Origin: Nitrosopumilus sp.
Lineage (GTDB): Archaea > Thermoproteota > Nitrososphaeria > Nitrososphaerales > Nitrosopumilaceae
Assembly (NCBI GenBank): GCA_965205215.1
Contig: OZ242041.1
Coordinates: forward strand, 1,632,001 to 1,696,000
Length of the DNA stretch: 64,000 nt
Direction of reading: 5' to 3'
Part shown: positions 22,458 through 32,547 of the stretch, one piece after another
Layout of the letters: every line of letters begins with the position of its first letter
Numbering within the stretch: position 1 is the first letter of the stretch
Translations under genes and position numbers: made by a program
Notes under the pieces: generated by a model
Databases searched by the model: none
Seen by the model: the letters and a program-made list of their open reading frames with translations, nothing else
Told to the model about the DNA's origin: nothing

Positions 22458-23425
22458 CGCCTGTGGCAGACGGGAAGATGCGGGGGGAGAAGGAGGCAGG
22501 GGCGCCCGGCACCAACCCCGCAAGGCCGCGCATCGGAATAGTCGGCACGGGCATGCTCGGAAGCGCCGTCGCAGTCAGGCTCGCAGAATCTGGCGCGTAC
22601 GCGGTGTCCGCATACAACAGGACCGCCCAAAACGCTGAAGTGGCCGGGGCCGCGGGGGCCAGGGTTCTGGGGTCGCCTGCGGCGGTCGCCAAGGAGTCCG
22701 ACGTTGTAGTTACAATCGTAAAGGACGCGGACGCTGTCAGGGACGTCTCGTTCGGCCCCGGCGGGATCGTCGAAGGCTGCCACGGGGGCCTGACAGTGGC
22801 AGACATGAGCACGATCGATCCGGCAGGCTCAAAGGAGATCACCGCAGAGTGCGCGCGGTACGGCATAGGCAGGGTAGACTCCCCCGTAATGGGAGGCCCC
22901 GACGCGGCCGCGGCCGGAAGTCTGGTCGTGATGGCATCCGGCAGCCGCGTCGCGTTTGACGCGTGCAGCCAGGTCTTTGACTACATGGCAGAGAGCGTAT
23001 TCTATCTCGGCGACAGGCCCGGCACGGCCCACACCATCAAGCTTGCAATGAACATGCAGATAACCATGCTTGCACTCTCGCTTGCGGAGGGAATCACGCT
23101 GGTGGACAGGTCCGGGGCCGATCCCAAGGCATTCCTTGACGTGCTGAACTCCACCTATTTCTCCACGGGGATGAGCCGCAAAAAGGCCTACAACATGATA
23201 AGCGGCCGGCAGAACCCGACGTTTACGCTTGCAAACCTGAGAAAGGACATAGGCATAATGACGTCCGCGGCAGGCCTGCTAGGCGTGGATCTGCCTATGA
23301 CAAAGGCGGCAGAAAAAGTATACGACGAGGCGCTCAGTGAAGGGCACGGGGAGCTCGACTATACGTGCATAATCAGGCACATAAGGGAGCGGCACGACAA
23401 AGAGCAGCAGCAGCAGGCGCAGTGA
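22427..23425 (+). CDS. NAD(P)-dependent oxidoreductase, 3-hydroxyisobutyrate/6-phosphogluconate dehydrogenase family
   Basis: GTGMLG, DMSTI, DSPVMGG, KLAMN. Confidence 0.9.
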   Translation: MDSKGRGEKVTPVADGKMRGEKEAGAPGTNPARPRIGIVGTGMLGSAVAVRLAESGAYAVSAYNRTAQNAEVAGAAGARVLGSPAAVAKESDVVVTIVKDADAVRDVSFGPGGIVEGCHGGLTVADMSTIDPAGSKEITAECARYGIGRVDSPVMGGPDAAAAGSLVVMASGSRVAFDACSQVFDYMAESVFYLGDRPGTAHTIKLAMNMQITMLALSLAEGITLVDRSGADPKAFLDVLNSTYFSTGMSRKKAYNMISGRQNPTFTLANLRKDIGIMTSAAGLLGVDLPMTKAAEKVYDEALSEGHGELDYTCIIRHIRERHDKEQQQQAQ

Positions 23426-23466
23426 CGCGGCACGCCGCACGCAGCCAGGATGCAGGCAGGCACCAG

Positions 23467-23592
23467 TCACGCAGGTGCAATCCCCTTGCGGCTCCGTCCG
23501 GCATACGCCTTGTAGCACAGCGCGGACACGACCAGCACCATTCCCGTGATTGCCGACCACAGCACAAAGGAGAGCGCCTGCGCATCTTCCAT
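23467..23592 (-). CDS. Putative 41-aa single-TM micro-protein MEDAQALSFVLWSAITGMVLVVSALCYKAYAGRSRKGIAPA
   Basis: Manual translation; hydrophobic helix followed by a basic tail; upstream TTTAA; a second copy lies at 37639. Confidence 0.45.
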   Translation of the reverse strand: MEDAQALSFVLWSAITGMVLVVSALCYKAYAGRSRKGIAPA

Positions 23593-23638
23593 GAACCGCG
23601 CTGCGCGGGGCAACTAATACGTCTGCCGTTAAATCACG
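23494..23638. repeat. About 143-bp dispersed repeat, copy 1 (inverted relative to 37593-37736)
   Basis: Near-identical to the reverse complement of copy 2. Confidence 0.9.
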
Positions 23639-23726
23639 GGCCACGGCAGGGCCGACCAGGCCACGGCCCGAGGTTTCAAGGCCCGGGGCGCCCGGTCAGA
23701 TCCGGAGCCGGCCCGAGGATGCACGA

Positions 23727-25377
23727 GTATAGACTCAGGTCGCCACGTCTCATGATTCGAGCATATGTGAAGGACCGTCTCAGCATGTGGCGGCGACAGA
23801 GGGCACCGCCGTTGTAGCCTGTACCAGCCGTTCGACGCGCTCCGGGCAGTCGGGCGGTTTGAATATGCGCCAGTCAGGATCCTCGATCATGCGCTCCACC
23901 GCCATACGCGGGAACACACCCATCTTCTGGCACGTGCGCGCGACGGACACCAGCACGGAGAACACGTGGCGCCCGTCGGGTTCTGACAGCTGGTGGCGCA
24001 CGTTGCGGTGCAGCACGACGGTATCGCGTATTTCCAGCTCGGCGGCGTTGTTATGGGGCGGCATGCCCGGACATCTGAGGAACGTGAACAGGTGCGGGGC
24101 GGCGTTCTCCAGCGTCTCGCGGAACCCGTGACCCTTTTTGTAGCCCGACGCTATGCGCAGCACGGCCCTCTCCAGGTTTAGGCACTCGGCGCCGTCCGCC
24201 GACTCGCGGCTTTTGATCCTCCGGTACATGGAGAGCAGCCTGCGGTAGCACGACAGGTCGTCCCCGCCGTTTCTCACGGCGTATTTCTCGGCCTCGCGCA
24301 GTATGTGGGCCCAGCAGCGCTGCCTGACCGGGAGCATGCCGTACGCGACATATCCGTCCGTGACGGCCGGCATGCCCAGCAGGCCGCCAAAGTGCAGCTC
24401 CAGTACGGCCGCGGCCCTGCTCGGGGCCGCCACGATATACGTGGCGTCCCCTGTAGTCGCCAGCCATACGTACCCCCTCTTGCCGTTCATCCTGATAACC
24501 GACTCGTCGAACTGGACGAACGCGGCGCGCGAGATCCTCTCTAGGATGCCGTCGTACGCGGCCCCGAGCAGGTTCCTTATCGCCCTGCGCGCGTTCCAGA
24601 CCGCGTTTGCGGACACCGAAAAGCCGTAGAGCGCCCGGAAATAGTACGATATGGTCGAGTCAGTCGACCTCTTGGCGTAGTATTCGAGTATGAACCCTAG
24701 GGCCCTCGGGCCGAACGACGTGCCGGGCGGCAGGGGAGCCGGGGCGGTGCTGACCGCGCTGCACCTCCTGCAGAATCCGCGCTCGAGCACGTACGCGACC
24801 GTCTCGATGCACCTGCTGCTTTCATCCGGAAAGTCGTTTACGATTCTCGTGACGGGGGCCGCGTACGCGAGGTGGCCACGCCCACAGTTCCGGCACCGGT
24901 ACAGGCGCATGCGCTCCCTCCTCGAGGGCCTGTTACCGTGGGACGCGCCCTCGTGCCCCTCCGGAGGCCCGCTGCGCCTGCCCGCCGCGCTTTCTTTCGG
25001 TTCAGGTCCGCCCCCGTCCCCCTCCTCTTCTGCCAGCCTCTTCCGGAACGCGTCGCGCTCCGCGTTGTATATGGAACCCGTGGAGGACGGCGCGTTCGGG
25101 CTCTCGTATTTGGCCAGCCTCCTGTCCTGCTCTGCAATAGTCTCCATAAGCAGGTCTATCTGCTCCTCAAGGCCGGCCCTTATCCTGTCACGCTCGGCCT
25201 CCACCCGGGCGACTGCATCCTGCAGCCTCTTGATCTCCGCCATCATCTTGGCCATCTCCCGACGCAGCAGTGCCGTCTCGGAATCGCCCATGGACAATTT
25301 GCAGAATATATGATCTATAAGCTTGTCGGCCTGCCAGAGTTGCCAACAGGGTCACAGGCATGGACGTGAGTCCATAC
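23727..25377 (-). mobile_element. IS66-family insertion sequence, single-ORF (ISBst12-like), 1651 bp
   Basis: Imperfect TIRs GTATAGACTCAGGTC and GTATGGACTCACGTC; perfect 8-bp TSD ATGCACGA at 23719-23726 and 25378-25385. Confidence 0.93.
23780..25297 (-). CDS. IS66-family DDE transposase
   Basis: Coiled coil, CRNCG/CRRC zinc ribbon, FDES, TDGY..Y, QRCWAHILR, NNAAE..IR. Confidence 0.93.
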   Translation of the reverse strand: MSMGDSETALLRREMAKMMAEIKRLQDAVARVEAERDRIRAGLEEQIDLLMETIAEQDRRLAKYESPNAPSSTGSIYNAERDAFRKRLAEEEGDGGGPEPKESAAGRRSGPPEGHEGASHGNRPSRRERMRLYRCRNCGRGHLAYAAPVTRIVNDFPDESSRCIETVAYVLERGFCRRCSAVSTAPAPLPPGTSFGPRALGFILEYYAKRSTDSTISYYFRALYGFSVSANAVWNARRAIRNLLGAAYDGILERISRAAFVQFDESVIRMNGKRGYVWLATTGDATYIVAAPSRAAAVLELHFGGLLGMPAVTDGYVAYGMLPVRQRCWAHILREAEKYAVRNGGDDLSCYRRLLSMYRRIKSRESADGAECLNLERAVLRIASGYKKGHGFRETLENAAPHLFTFLRCPGMPPHNNAAELEIRDTVVLHRNVRHQLSEPDGRHVFSVLVSVARTCQKMGVFPRMAVERMIEDPDWRIFKPPDCPERVERLVQATTAVPSVAATC

Positions 25378-25424
25378 ATGCACGACCGTGAAACATCTAA
25401 ATAGATTCGGCGCAGACTCAGTGC

Positions 25425-25634
25425 ATGCCGGAACTGGTGTGCACCGACTGCGGCAAGCGCCTGTACCACGACAACGAGACCACGCTAAAGATACAGGAGA
25501 CCATCCACTCAAAGTTTTGCCGCAAGGAGATGGGCAAGACGCACAGCTACATGCACAGGAACGAGGCGCACATGGAAACCTTTGACGTCGAAAGGGAGAA
25601 CGACACTGCGGGCAACCCCGTCCTCAAAAAGTAG
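25425..25634 (+). CDS. Small zinc-binding hypothetical protein
   Basis: CTDC...H..FC; TATA-like TAAATA about 25 bp upstream. Confidence 0.7.
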   Translation: MPELVCTDCGKRLYHDNETTLKIQETIHSKFCRKEMGKTHSYMHRNEAHMETFDVERENDTAGNPVLKK

Positions 25635-25715
25635 GCGCCAGTCGTGGCGCGCAAGCGTATCGCGCATGTTTAGAATATAACGGGGCCGCGCCCACGCGCC
25701 ATATTGCCTGCAGGC

Positions 25716-26951
25716 ATGTCAGATGACAGCGGCCGGAATCAGGGCCGGACAGACGTGATAGTGGTGGGGGGCGGCCCTGCCGGCTCGTCCGCGGCGTACG
25801 CGGCGGCGTCGGGAGGGGCCAGCGTCGTGCTGTTTGAAAAGGAAGATTCTATTGCGCAGACGGTCAGGACAAGCGGCGTCACCTGGATAGACGAGGTCAG
25901 GGAGTTTGGCATCCCGCAGGAATGCTACAACCCAGTCAGCGGGTTTTCATTCTGCTCCCCGAACAACACGGTCAGCATCGGGGGCGGGGACGAGCCCACG
26001 GCGGCCGTCCTCGACGTGAGGGCCACGTACAGGTGGCTCGCGTCACAGGCGGACAGGGCGGGCGCCCGCATCGTCACGGGCGCTGCAGTAACCGGCGTCA
26101 CGAGGGATTCGAGCGGCAGGATCAGCGGCGTGACGGTGGCAAGGGACGGGCAAAACACCGTGCACAAGGCGGACGTCATCATCGATGCAAGCGGCTTTGC
26201 CTCCATAGTATCCAGGTCCGCAGGCATGCAGTGGCAGTGGGACAGATTCGGGGCCGGAGCAGAATACGAGGCAGAGGCAGAGAACGTGGATCCCGACACG
26301 TGGTGGCTCATGGTCGGACAAAAGTACTCGCCCGCCGGATACGCGTGGATATTCCCAGTCGGCGGCAAGACCGTCAGGATCGGGGTGGGGGTGGGCAAGC
26401 CCGAGAGTGGCGCGGACCCGACCCACATACTAAAACGGCTTGTCGCAGACAGGGAGGGTCCGATAGCGGACCTGGGGGACATCAAGGTCACGGAGTTCCA
26501 CTATGGACTGATTCCAAACGACGGCCTCGCGCGAAGGACGATATACGACGGCCTGATGCTTGTCGGCGACTCGGCAGGGCAGGCAAACCCGCTGGTGCTG
26601 GAGGGCATCAGGTACGCGATCCGATTTGGGCGGCTGGCCGGCTCCACCGCCGCATCGGCGGTCCTAGCGGGTGACACGTCGTCCAGAATGCTGCTCCCGT
26701 ACGAGAAGGGATGGCGAAGCGCAATCGAGTCGCGCGTCAGGTCGGCGGGCAGGGTACAGGACAGGTGGCTCGGGCTCTCAGACGAGCAGTGGGACAGGGA
26801 GCTTGACATCATAAGGGGCATGACCCCCGACGAGTTCGTCTCGTTTGTAAAGGCGGAGTTTGGGGTGCTCGACATGGCAAGAATGGCCGCGCGCAGGCCC
26901 GGTACGGCGGCAAGGCACCTGTTCAGGCTTGTCGGGGACAGGCTGAGGTAG
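25716..26951 (+). CDS. Geranylgeranyl reductase-family FAD oxidoreductase
   Basis: GGGPAG, GYAWIFP, GDSAGQANPLVLEGI. Confidence 0.9.
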   Translation: MSDDSGRNQGRTDVIVVGGGPAGSSAAYAAASGGASVVLFEKEDSIAQTVRTSGVTWIDEVREFGIPQECYNPVSGFSFCSPNNTVSIGGGDEPTAAVLDVRATYRWLASQADRAGARIVTGAAVTGVTRDSSGRISGVTVARDGQNTVHKADVIIDASGFASIVSRSAGMQWQWDRFGAGAEYEAEAENVDPDTWWLMVGQKYSPAGYAWIFPVGGKTVRIGVGVGKPESGADPTHILKRLVADREGPIADLGDIKVTEFHYGLIPNDGLARRTIYDGLMLVGDSAGQANPLVLEGIRYAIRFGRLAGSTAASAVLAGDTSSRMLLPYEKGWRSAIESRVRSAGRVQDRWLGLSDEQWDRELDIIRGMTPDEFVSFVKAEFGVLDMARMAARRPGTAARHLFRLVGDRLR

Positions 26952-27213
26952 CCGCGGCGCGCTGCAGCAGCGCGCGTCGGCTCGCAGAAAGAGGCGGTGC
27001 CGGAGAACATCAAGCCGCTGCCGGACTTAAGATCGGCCAAGGCGCAGGGCAGGGCCGCGGGCACGACTCTGGGACGCGGCAGACCCGCCTGCCCTCTGAG
27101 GCGCCTGCCGCGCGCGGGTGCAGTCAGGGCGGCCTCCGGCCCACCATCCAGAAGGATGCATAAGATGATTTTGAACTATATATGGCATGCCGCAACGCGC
27201 CGGTGATCACAGC

Positions 27214-27855
27214 ATGCCTGACGCGACAGCGCAAAAGTTCGACTCGTGGGCCCTCAACGGCAAGGCCGAAGACATGCAGAGGGGCCACTACAAGAGCGTG
27301 TCTGCAATGCTAAGATCCGCAAAATTCGGAGGCGAGTTTACGTTTCTTGACATCGGGTGCGGAAACGGGTGGGTCGTCAGGTTGGTGACGTCCAGGCATC
27401 CCGGCTGCAGGCTCAGCGTGGGGATAGACAAGAGCGCCAACATGATCAGCCGCGCGGAATCAGATCCGGGCAACACGGGAAGGGAGAGGTACCTTTGCGC
27501 CGACATAGAGGAGTGGAAGTACAGGGGCCGGAAATTCGACTATGTGTTTGCAATGGAGTCGATATATTATGCGGATTCCGTTAGTGCCGCCCTTGCAAAG
27601 ATATACAAGCTCCTAAGGCCGGGGGGCGTCTTTTTGTGCGGGACGGACTTTTACGCGGAGAACACATCCACAAAGAGGTGGGCGGCGGCCATGGGGATTA
27701 CGATGCACCTGCACACCGAGGGCGAGTGGAAGGACATGCTGGCCAGGGCGGGGTTCGAGGTGAGGGCCAGGCGCCTCAAGGACCCGGCCGCCAAGGACGC
27801 ATGGAAGAGGAATACCGGAACGCTGTTTCTGAGGGGAAGAAAGCCCGCAGGGTGA
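27214..27855 (+). CDS. Class I SAM-dependent methyltransferase
   Basis: LDIGCGNG, LLRPGG. Confidence 0.9.
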   Translation: MPDATAQKFDSWALNGKAEDMQRGHYKSVSAMLRSAKFGGEFTFLDIGCGNGWVVRLVTSRHPGCRLSVGIDKSANMISRAESDPGNTGRERYLCADIEEWKYRGRKFDYVFAMESIYYADSVSAALAKIYKLLRPGGVFLCGTDFYAENTSTKRWAAAMGITMHLHTEGEWKDMLARAGFEVRARRLKDPAAKDAWKRNTGTLFLRGRKPAG

Positions 27856-28007
27856 CATGCTGGCCGGAGCAGCCATCCGGGCGCGGGGCAGGGCTCTGCG
27901 GCACCGCATGGCTGCCATAGCAGCGGCGGCAGCGGCGGCAGCCATCTCCGCCACCGCCAAAAAGATCCAGCGAAACACAGATTATAGGCCCATGCGCCGG
28001 ACACACC

Positions 28008-28288
28008 GTGTGAGCTGAAGCGCGAACGCTGCCACGGCAGAGGAAACTCCTCCCTCCATACAGGGGTGCGATCCGGAGATGGATAGTCGGAGACGGCTGG
28101 CAACGGAGCAGAAAATGATCCAACATGGGGCACTGTGATGGCAGACCCTGAGGTTCCCATGAACGGAATGAAAGAAGCCGACCCGCACGGAGAAAGGCCA
28201 AACAGAGCTGCAGGACCTGTACCAGGCTCAGGTGGGCCGCAAAGCGAAATGTCGCGAGAACAGAAGGAGGGTTACTCTCAGCACACAC
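28008..28288 (+). ncRNA. rnpB: RNase P RNA (archaeal)
   Basis: Conserved P4 halves GAGGAAACTCCTCCC and AACAGAAGGAGGGTTAC; terminal P1 pairing GTGTGAGCTGA/TCAGCACACAC; TATA-like ATTATA at about 27981. Confidence 0.9.
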
Positions 28289-28394
28289 CAACAAGACGTC
28301 CGCCAGGCGCCGTCGCTGCCAAACCCGCGCCCCAAGCGGCGGCGAAAAAGGCCGGCTTTGTACACAACCGCGGGGCAACAGGCCGGCCGCAGTA

Positions 28395-29771
28395 TCATCT
28401 CATGCTCTCGGACATCTCTTTGCAGAGAACGGCACCGCACGGGCACGTGTGGTCGCAGATGCACGAGTCCTGCATCTGGCAGTCGCACTCGGAGCTCATC
28501 TCGACTGACGCGGCGCATCCGCACGTGGCATCCTCCGCCGCTATCGCGGGGGGTGCCGAGCTGGGCTCACTCTGCTGCTGCTGCTGCGGCTGTTCCTGCT
28601 CGTAATGGCTGCGCGTCATTTGATAGTCCACGTCACCCTTTAGCTGGGCCTCGCCCCTGTTTGTCTGGTATCCCCCGGACGCCGAGCTGGTCTGGTATCC
28701 CACGAGATGGGTAGGGTCTATCCCCTGCTGGCCCTGCTTTTCGTTCTTTAGTGCGCGATTACTGACAAAAAAGAACGCAATGCCCGCGACGGCGGCCATT
28801 CCGGCCATGCCATATATGATCATTATTGGAAAGTCGCCCGTGGCCGTAGTGCTAGGTGCAGTAGACGTCACGCCTGCAATTTCAACTCCTTCAAGGATGT
28901 CAATGACACCGTACCCGATTATGTTCAGGTTGCCCTGGTCGGGGGACTGTATGCTCTTTACCACATATTCTTGATCAACCATTATGATCTCTTCCTCGAT
29001 TCGTTCGACCTGCCTTCCCTGCTGAAGGTTGCTCTCGCCCATGGTCCAGCTCGACTTTACAAAGCCCGATATCTCATCGCCTAGTCCGAAGGTTCCAGCG
29101 TCGACGTTGATTCCAGTCGGGTCGAACAGAAAGTGCCAGTTCTCAAGCGGCTGTTCCAAGACAAAGTCGGCATTAATCAGATACTCGTCGAATATGCGCT
29201 CGCCGGCGGTTCCGGATATCGTGTCCCGCGTCACTGGCAGGTTGTCCGCTACAAACGTAAACGGATCGTTGATCTCCTGGCCGTCAATCATGACGCTGCC
29301 GTCGACTGAGAGCCCCCTCCAGCCCAGATCAACGAGTGTCTTCTGGGAGTCCTGCGTAATTACATAGTTCACAAGCTCCCCAACCAGAATAATCTTGTAG
29401 TCTAACGACGCGCGCTCATCACCGCCGTAGAGTGCGAACGTATAGTCCACCTCCATGTCGGATATGCTGACCTGGCTGCCGCTCTGAAGTATGGCCGTGT
29501 TGAGCCTATCGATTAGAGACTGCACATCAGGATGGCTGGAATCATACTGGCCCGATATGGTAATGTCGTTTCCTCGCAGCTCGTCGACCAGCACTCCGCC
29601 ATCCTCGTACCATATGTGAATGGTTTTCAGATAGCTCATCTTAAAGGGCGAGGTATCTGCAGTCGGGATTATGGTAGCGTCAAGTTGGGCGGCCCACGAG
29701 TCGGAGGCGCCTCCTCCAAGAGCGAGCAGGCCGGCGGCGGCAAGACCCGCCACAAGAAATACTCTATTCAT
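28395..29771 (-). CDS. Single-pass cell-surface protein with acidic ectodomain and cytoplasmic metallothionein-like Cys-rich tail
   Basis: Signal peptide; TM IMIIYGMAGMAAVAGIAFFFV followed by basic residues; tail CGC-x9-CDC-x5-CIC-x3-CPC-x4-C. Confidence 0.85.
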   Translation of the reverse strand: MNRVFLVAGLAAAGLLALGGGASDSWAAQLDATIIPTADTSPFKMSYLKTIHIWYEDGGVLVDELRGNDITISGQYDSSHPDVQSLIDRLNTAILQSGSQVSISDMEVDYTFALYGGDERASLDYKIILVGELVNYVITQDSQKTLVDLGWRGLSVDGSVMIDGQEINDPFTFVADNLPVTRDTISGTAGERIFDEYLINADFVLEQPLENWHFLFDPTGINVDAGTFGLGDEISGFVKSSWTMGESNLQQGRQVERIEEEIIMVDQEYVVKSIQSPDQGNLNIIGYGVIDILEGVEIAGVTSTAPSTTATGDFPIMIIYGMAGMAAVAGIAFFFVSNRALKNEKQGQQGIDPTHLVGYQTSSASGGYQTNRGEAQLKGDVDYQMTRSHYEQEQPQQQQQSEPSSAPPAIAAEDATCGCAASVEMSSECDCQMQDSCICDHTCPCGAVLCKEMSESMR

Positions 29772-30778
29772 ATGATACGATTGGCATAAATAGAGTAATA
29801 AATCTATCTTGCAAAATAAAGCCCGGGCTCAGGCCCCTTGAAAATTCGTGCCTGCCGGCTTCCGTCTTATTCAGATTTCACGGGGTGGGTGCGCGGGCCC
29901 ATACAAGGCAAAGACGACGGTATCGTCCCGCAGTTTCGACGAGCAGGCATCCAACGAGACAGGCGGGATCCCACCGCGCGAGATGGATTTGCCGACAGGT
30001 TTTGGATTTACGCGAGTCGGACAGGCAGGCAGCCCCGCCAAGCACCCTCCGAGACGGCCGGTGCGTGACGGCCCCGCATAGATGCGGGGGACACATTATC
30101 TCGCCGCGACGCCGCATGTCAGGAATGTGGAGAGTCCGGCTGCGGCAGGGATCCGCGAACGGCCGCGGCCAAGCCGGCTTCCAGAAAACGGCGGGGGTGT
30201 TTTGGACGGGCCGGAGTATGGTGCGAGGTCCGCGGCCCATGCCCGCCAAGCTGCCGGCGGACCGGGGAACCTGAAGGGAGAGGGAGCGAATATCGGCAGG
30301 CGGCCAACATGAAAAGGAGGGGAGCGCGGTCGCGCAAGGCCGGCCAAGGCGGGCGCGCGCCGCGGCAAAGAAACGTCTGTCGCCGGCCGCGCAAACTCAA
30401 TCCTGCAGCACGCTGTCAGGCTTTGCGAATTGCAGCCCCTCCGTGTCCGGTCCCCGGGCCAGACGCGACATGAGGTAGTGTGTTTTTTGTCCCGCTGTTT
30501 TTCGCGCGCACGCGCGAAAATGGAGGGAGTCGCGGCACGTACGTCGACTTGATCCTCCCACGTCTTTTGCGTTCTTTGCTGCGTCTCTTTTGGAGATGTG
30601 TTGGCGCAACGGCCCACACGATCAAGGCGGCTTGCAATCATGACGCGTCGTGATCTTTAAACCTCCACGACATCGGAAAGGCGACGGGCGGCTCCGTTCT
30701 TGCGCGTGTCTTGTGCATGCAATTTCCAAAACTAAATATGGAGCAGAGCCGACGTAGCCTGCATAGTTTTGGAGGAAG

Positions 30779-31708
30779 ATGGCTGACGTGATAACGGTAC
30801 TTGCGGGCGGTACGGGCTCTGTGAAGATGGTCAGGGGGCTGGCAGCTCAGGAATCCAAGGTCAACGTGATAAGTAACGTCGGCGACAACTACTGGTTGTA
30901 CGGGCTGTATGTCTGCCCCGACATTGACACCATAATGTACGGCCTGGCAGACCTGCTCGACCAAGAGAAGGGATGGGGGGTCAAAAAGGACACGTTTAAC
31001 TTTCTGCGACAGATGGAGGTGTTCGGCGAGGAGACGTGGTTTAGGATGGGCGACAGGGACGCGGCAACCCATCTGATCAGAACCAACATGCTCAAGAACG
31101 GAAAGAACCTAACGGACATTACAAAGTGGATGTGCGAAAGGTTTGCAGTGGGCGTCAACATAATTCCCGTCACGGACAACACCATAGAGACCAGGATAAG
31201 TACGAGCAAGGGCGAGATGCACCTCCAGGAATACTGGGTCAAGTACAGGGGGCGCGACGAGGTCGAGGGCATACAGTATATCGGCGCAGAAAAGGCGCGT
31301 CCAAACCCAGAGGCAGTCAACGCGATACAGAATTCAAAGCTCGTGATACTCGCCCCCGGAAACCCGCTCACGTCAATAGGCCCCATGTTGCAGATAAAGG
31401 GGATAAAAAAGGAGCTCGCAAGGGCAAAGAAAAAGGTGGTCGCCATAAGCCCGCTGATTGGCGACAGCTCCATAACCGGACCGGCCGCAAAGTACATGAA
31501 GGCGGCAGGAATCGAGTCCAACGCGTACGGGCTTGCAAAGATGTACTCGGACGTATGCTCCAACATTGTAATAGACACAAAGGACAGGGCGCTTGCAAAA
31601 AAGATACGCAGCCTGGACATGAGCGTATACGAGACGAAGATCACCATGAAGAACAAGGCCGCAGAGGAGGCGCTAGCCAGCTTTGTCACAAAGCAGGTAC
31701 ACGCGTGA
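30779..31708 (+). CDS. cofD: 2-phospho-L-lactate transferase
   Basis: LAGGTGSVK, NVGDN, CPDIDT, WFRMGDRD, HLQEYWV. Confidence 0.95.
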   Translation: MADVITVLAGGTGSVKMVRGLAAQESKVNVISNVGDNYWLYGLYVCPDIDTIMYGLADLLDQEKGWGVKKDTFNFLRQMEVFGEETWFRMGDRDAATHLIRTNMLKNGKNLTDITKWMCERFAVGVNIIPVTDNTIETRISTSKGEMHLQEYWVKYRGRDEVEGIQYIGAEKARPNPEAVNAIQNSKLVILAPGNPLTSIGPMLQIKGIKKELARAKKKVVAISPLIGDSSITGPAAKYMKAAGIESNAYGLAKMYSDVCSNIVIDTKDRALAKKIRSLDMSVYETKITMKNKAAEEALASFVTKQVHA

Positions 31709-31772
31709 CGTCTTGTCGCGGCAAGGCGCGTACGACCCAAGTATAATTACACCAATGCAGTGGTGACCTCAG

Positions 31773-32444
31773 TTGAGGACAGCGGCAATAATACCAGTCA
31801 AGAGATTCGAGGGGGCAAAGACGCGCCTCGGGCTTGGCGCTTCAGAGGTGGCAGAACTGTGCGGGGTGATGCTAAGGGAGATCATAGGCGTTGTATCCAC
31901 ATCCAGCCACATAGACCACACGTTTGTAGTGACCAGGGATCCAGAGGCCGAGAGGATGGTCGCAGAGTTCGGGAGCAGGTCAGGGAAAGGAGGCGGCCCA
32001 GTCATAACGGCCATACGCGACGAGCACGAGAGGGGCGTCAACGAGGCAGTAGCACTGGCAGACAGGCGCATCATGCAAGACGGATACGACGCGTCCATAG
32101 TCATGCCGCAGGACATACCATACATCAAGGCGCAGGACATTGACTTTATGATGAGGTTTGCAGCGCCGCCCAACTTTGCAGTCGTCGTACCGTCGAGGAA
32201 GTTTGACGGCACCAACGCCCTCGTAAGGATGCCAGCCGATCTGATGGGAACGCACTACGACAACAACAGCTACAGGGAGCACGTCAGGATGGCAGGCGAG
32301 TGCACGAGAAATGTGGCCCCTGTGTTCGTGAGGAGGATAATGATGGACATAGATACAATGGACGACCTGAGGTTCCTGCTTGCAAACAGCGGCGAAAAAC
32401 CGCACGTCGCAGTCCAGATAGAGCGCATAGCAGGCAGGGGATAG
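31773..32444 (+). CDS. cofC: 2-phospho-L-lactate guanylyltransferase
   Basis: IIPVK...AKTRL, DIP, GTNAL, DIDT.DDL. Confidence 0.92.
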   Translation: MRTAAIIPVKRFEGAKTRLGLGASEVAELCGVMLREIIGVVSTSSHIDHTFVVTRDPEAERMVAEFGSRSGKGGGPVITAIRDEHERGVNEAVALADRRIMQDGYDASIVMPQDIPYIKAQDIDFMMRFAAPPNFAVVVPSRKFDGTNALVRMPADLMGTHYDNNSYREHVRMAGECTRNVAPVFVRRIMMDIDTMDDLRFLLANSGEKPHVAVQIERIAGRG

Positions 32445-32547
32445 GAGACGGCCCGCAGCGGCGTGCAGTGTACGACGCCAGAACGAAGCCTGAGGCGGGC
32501 ATCGGATCCAAGAAATACTAATTTAGCCAAATGTTACACCGTCGCAT

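Noticed and set aside
27982-28605. Short ORFs over 28.0-28.3 kb
   Set aside because: The region is explained by the RNase P RNA and the antisense of the neighbouring gene.
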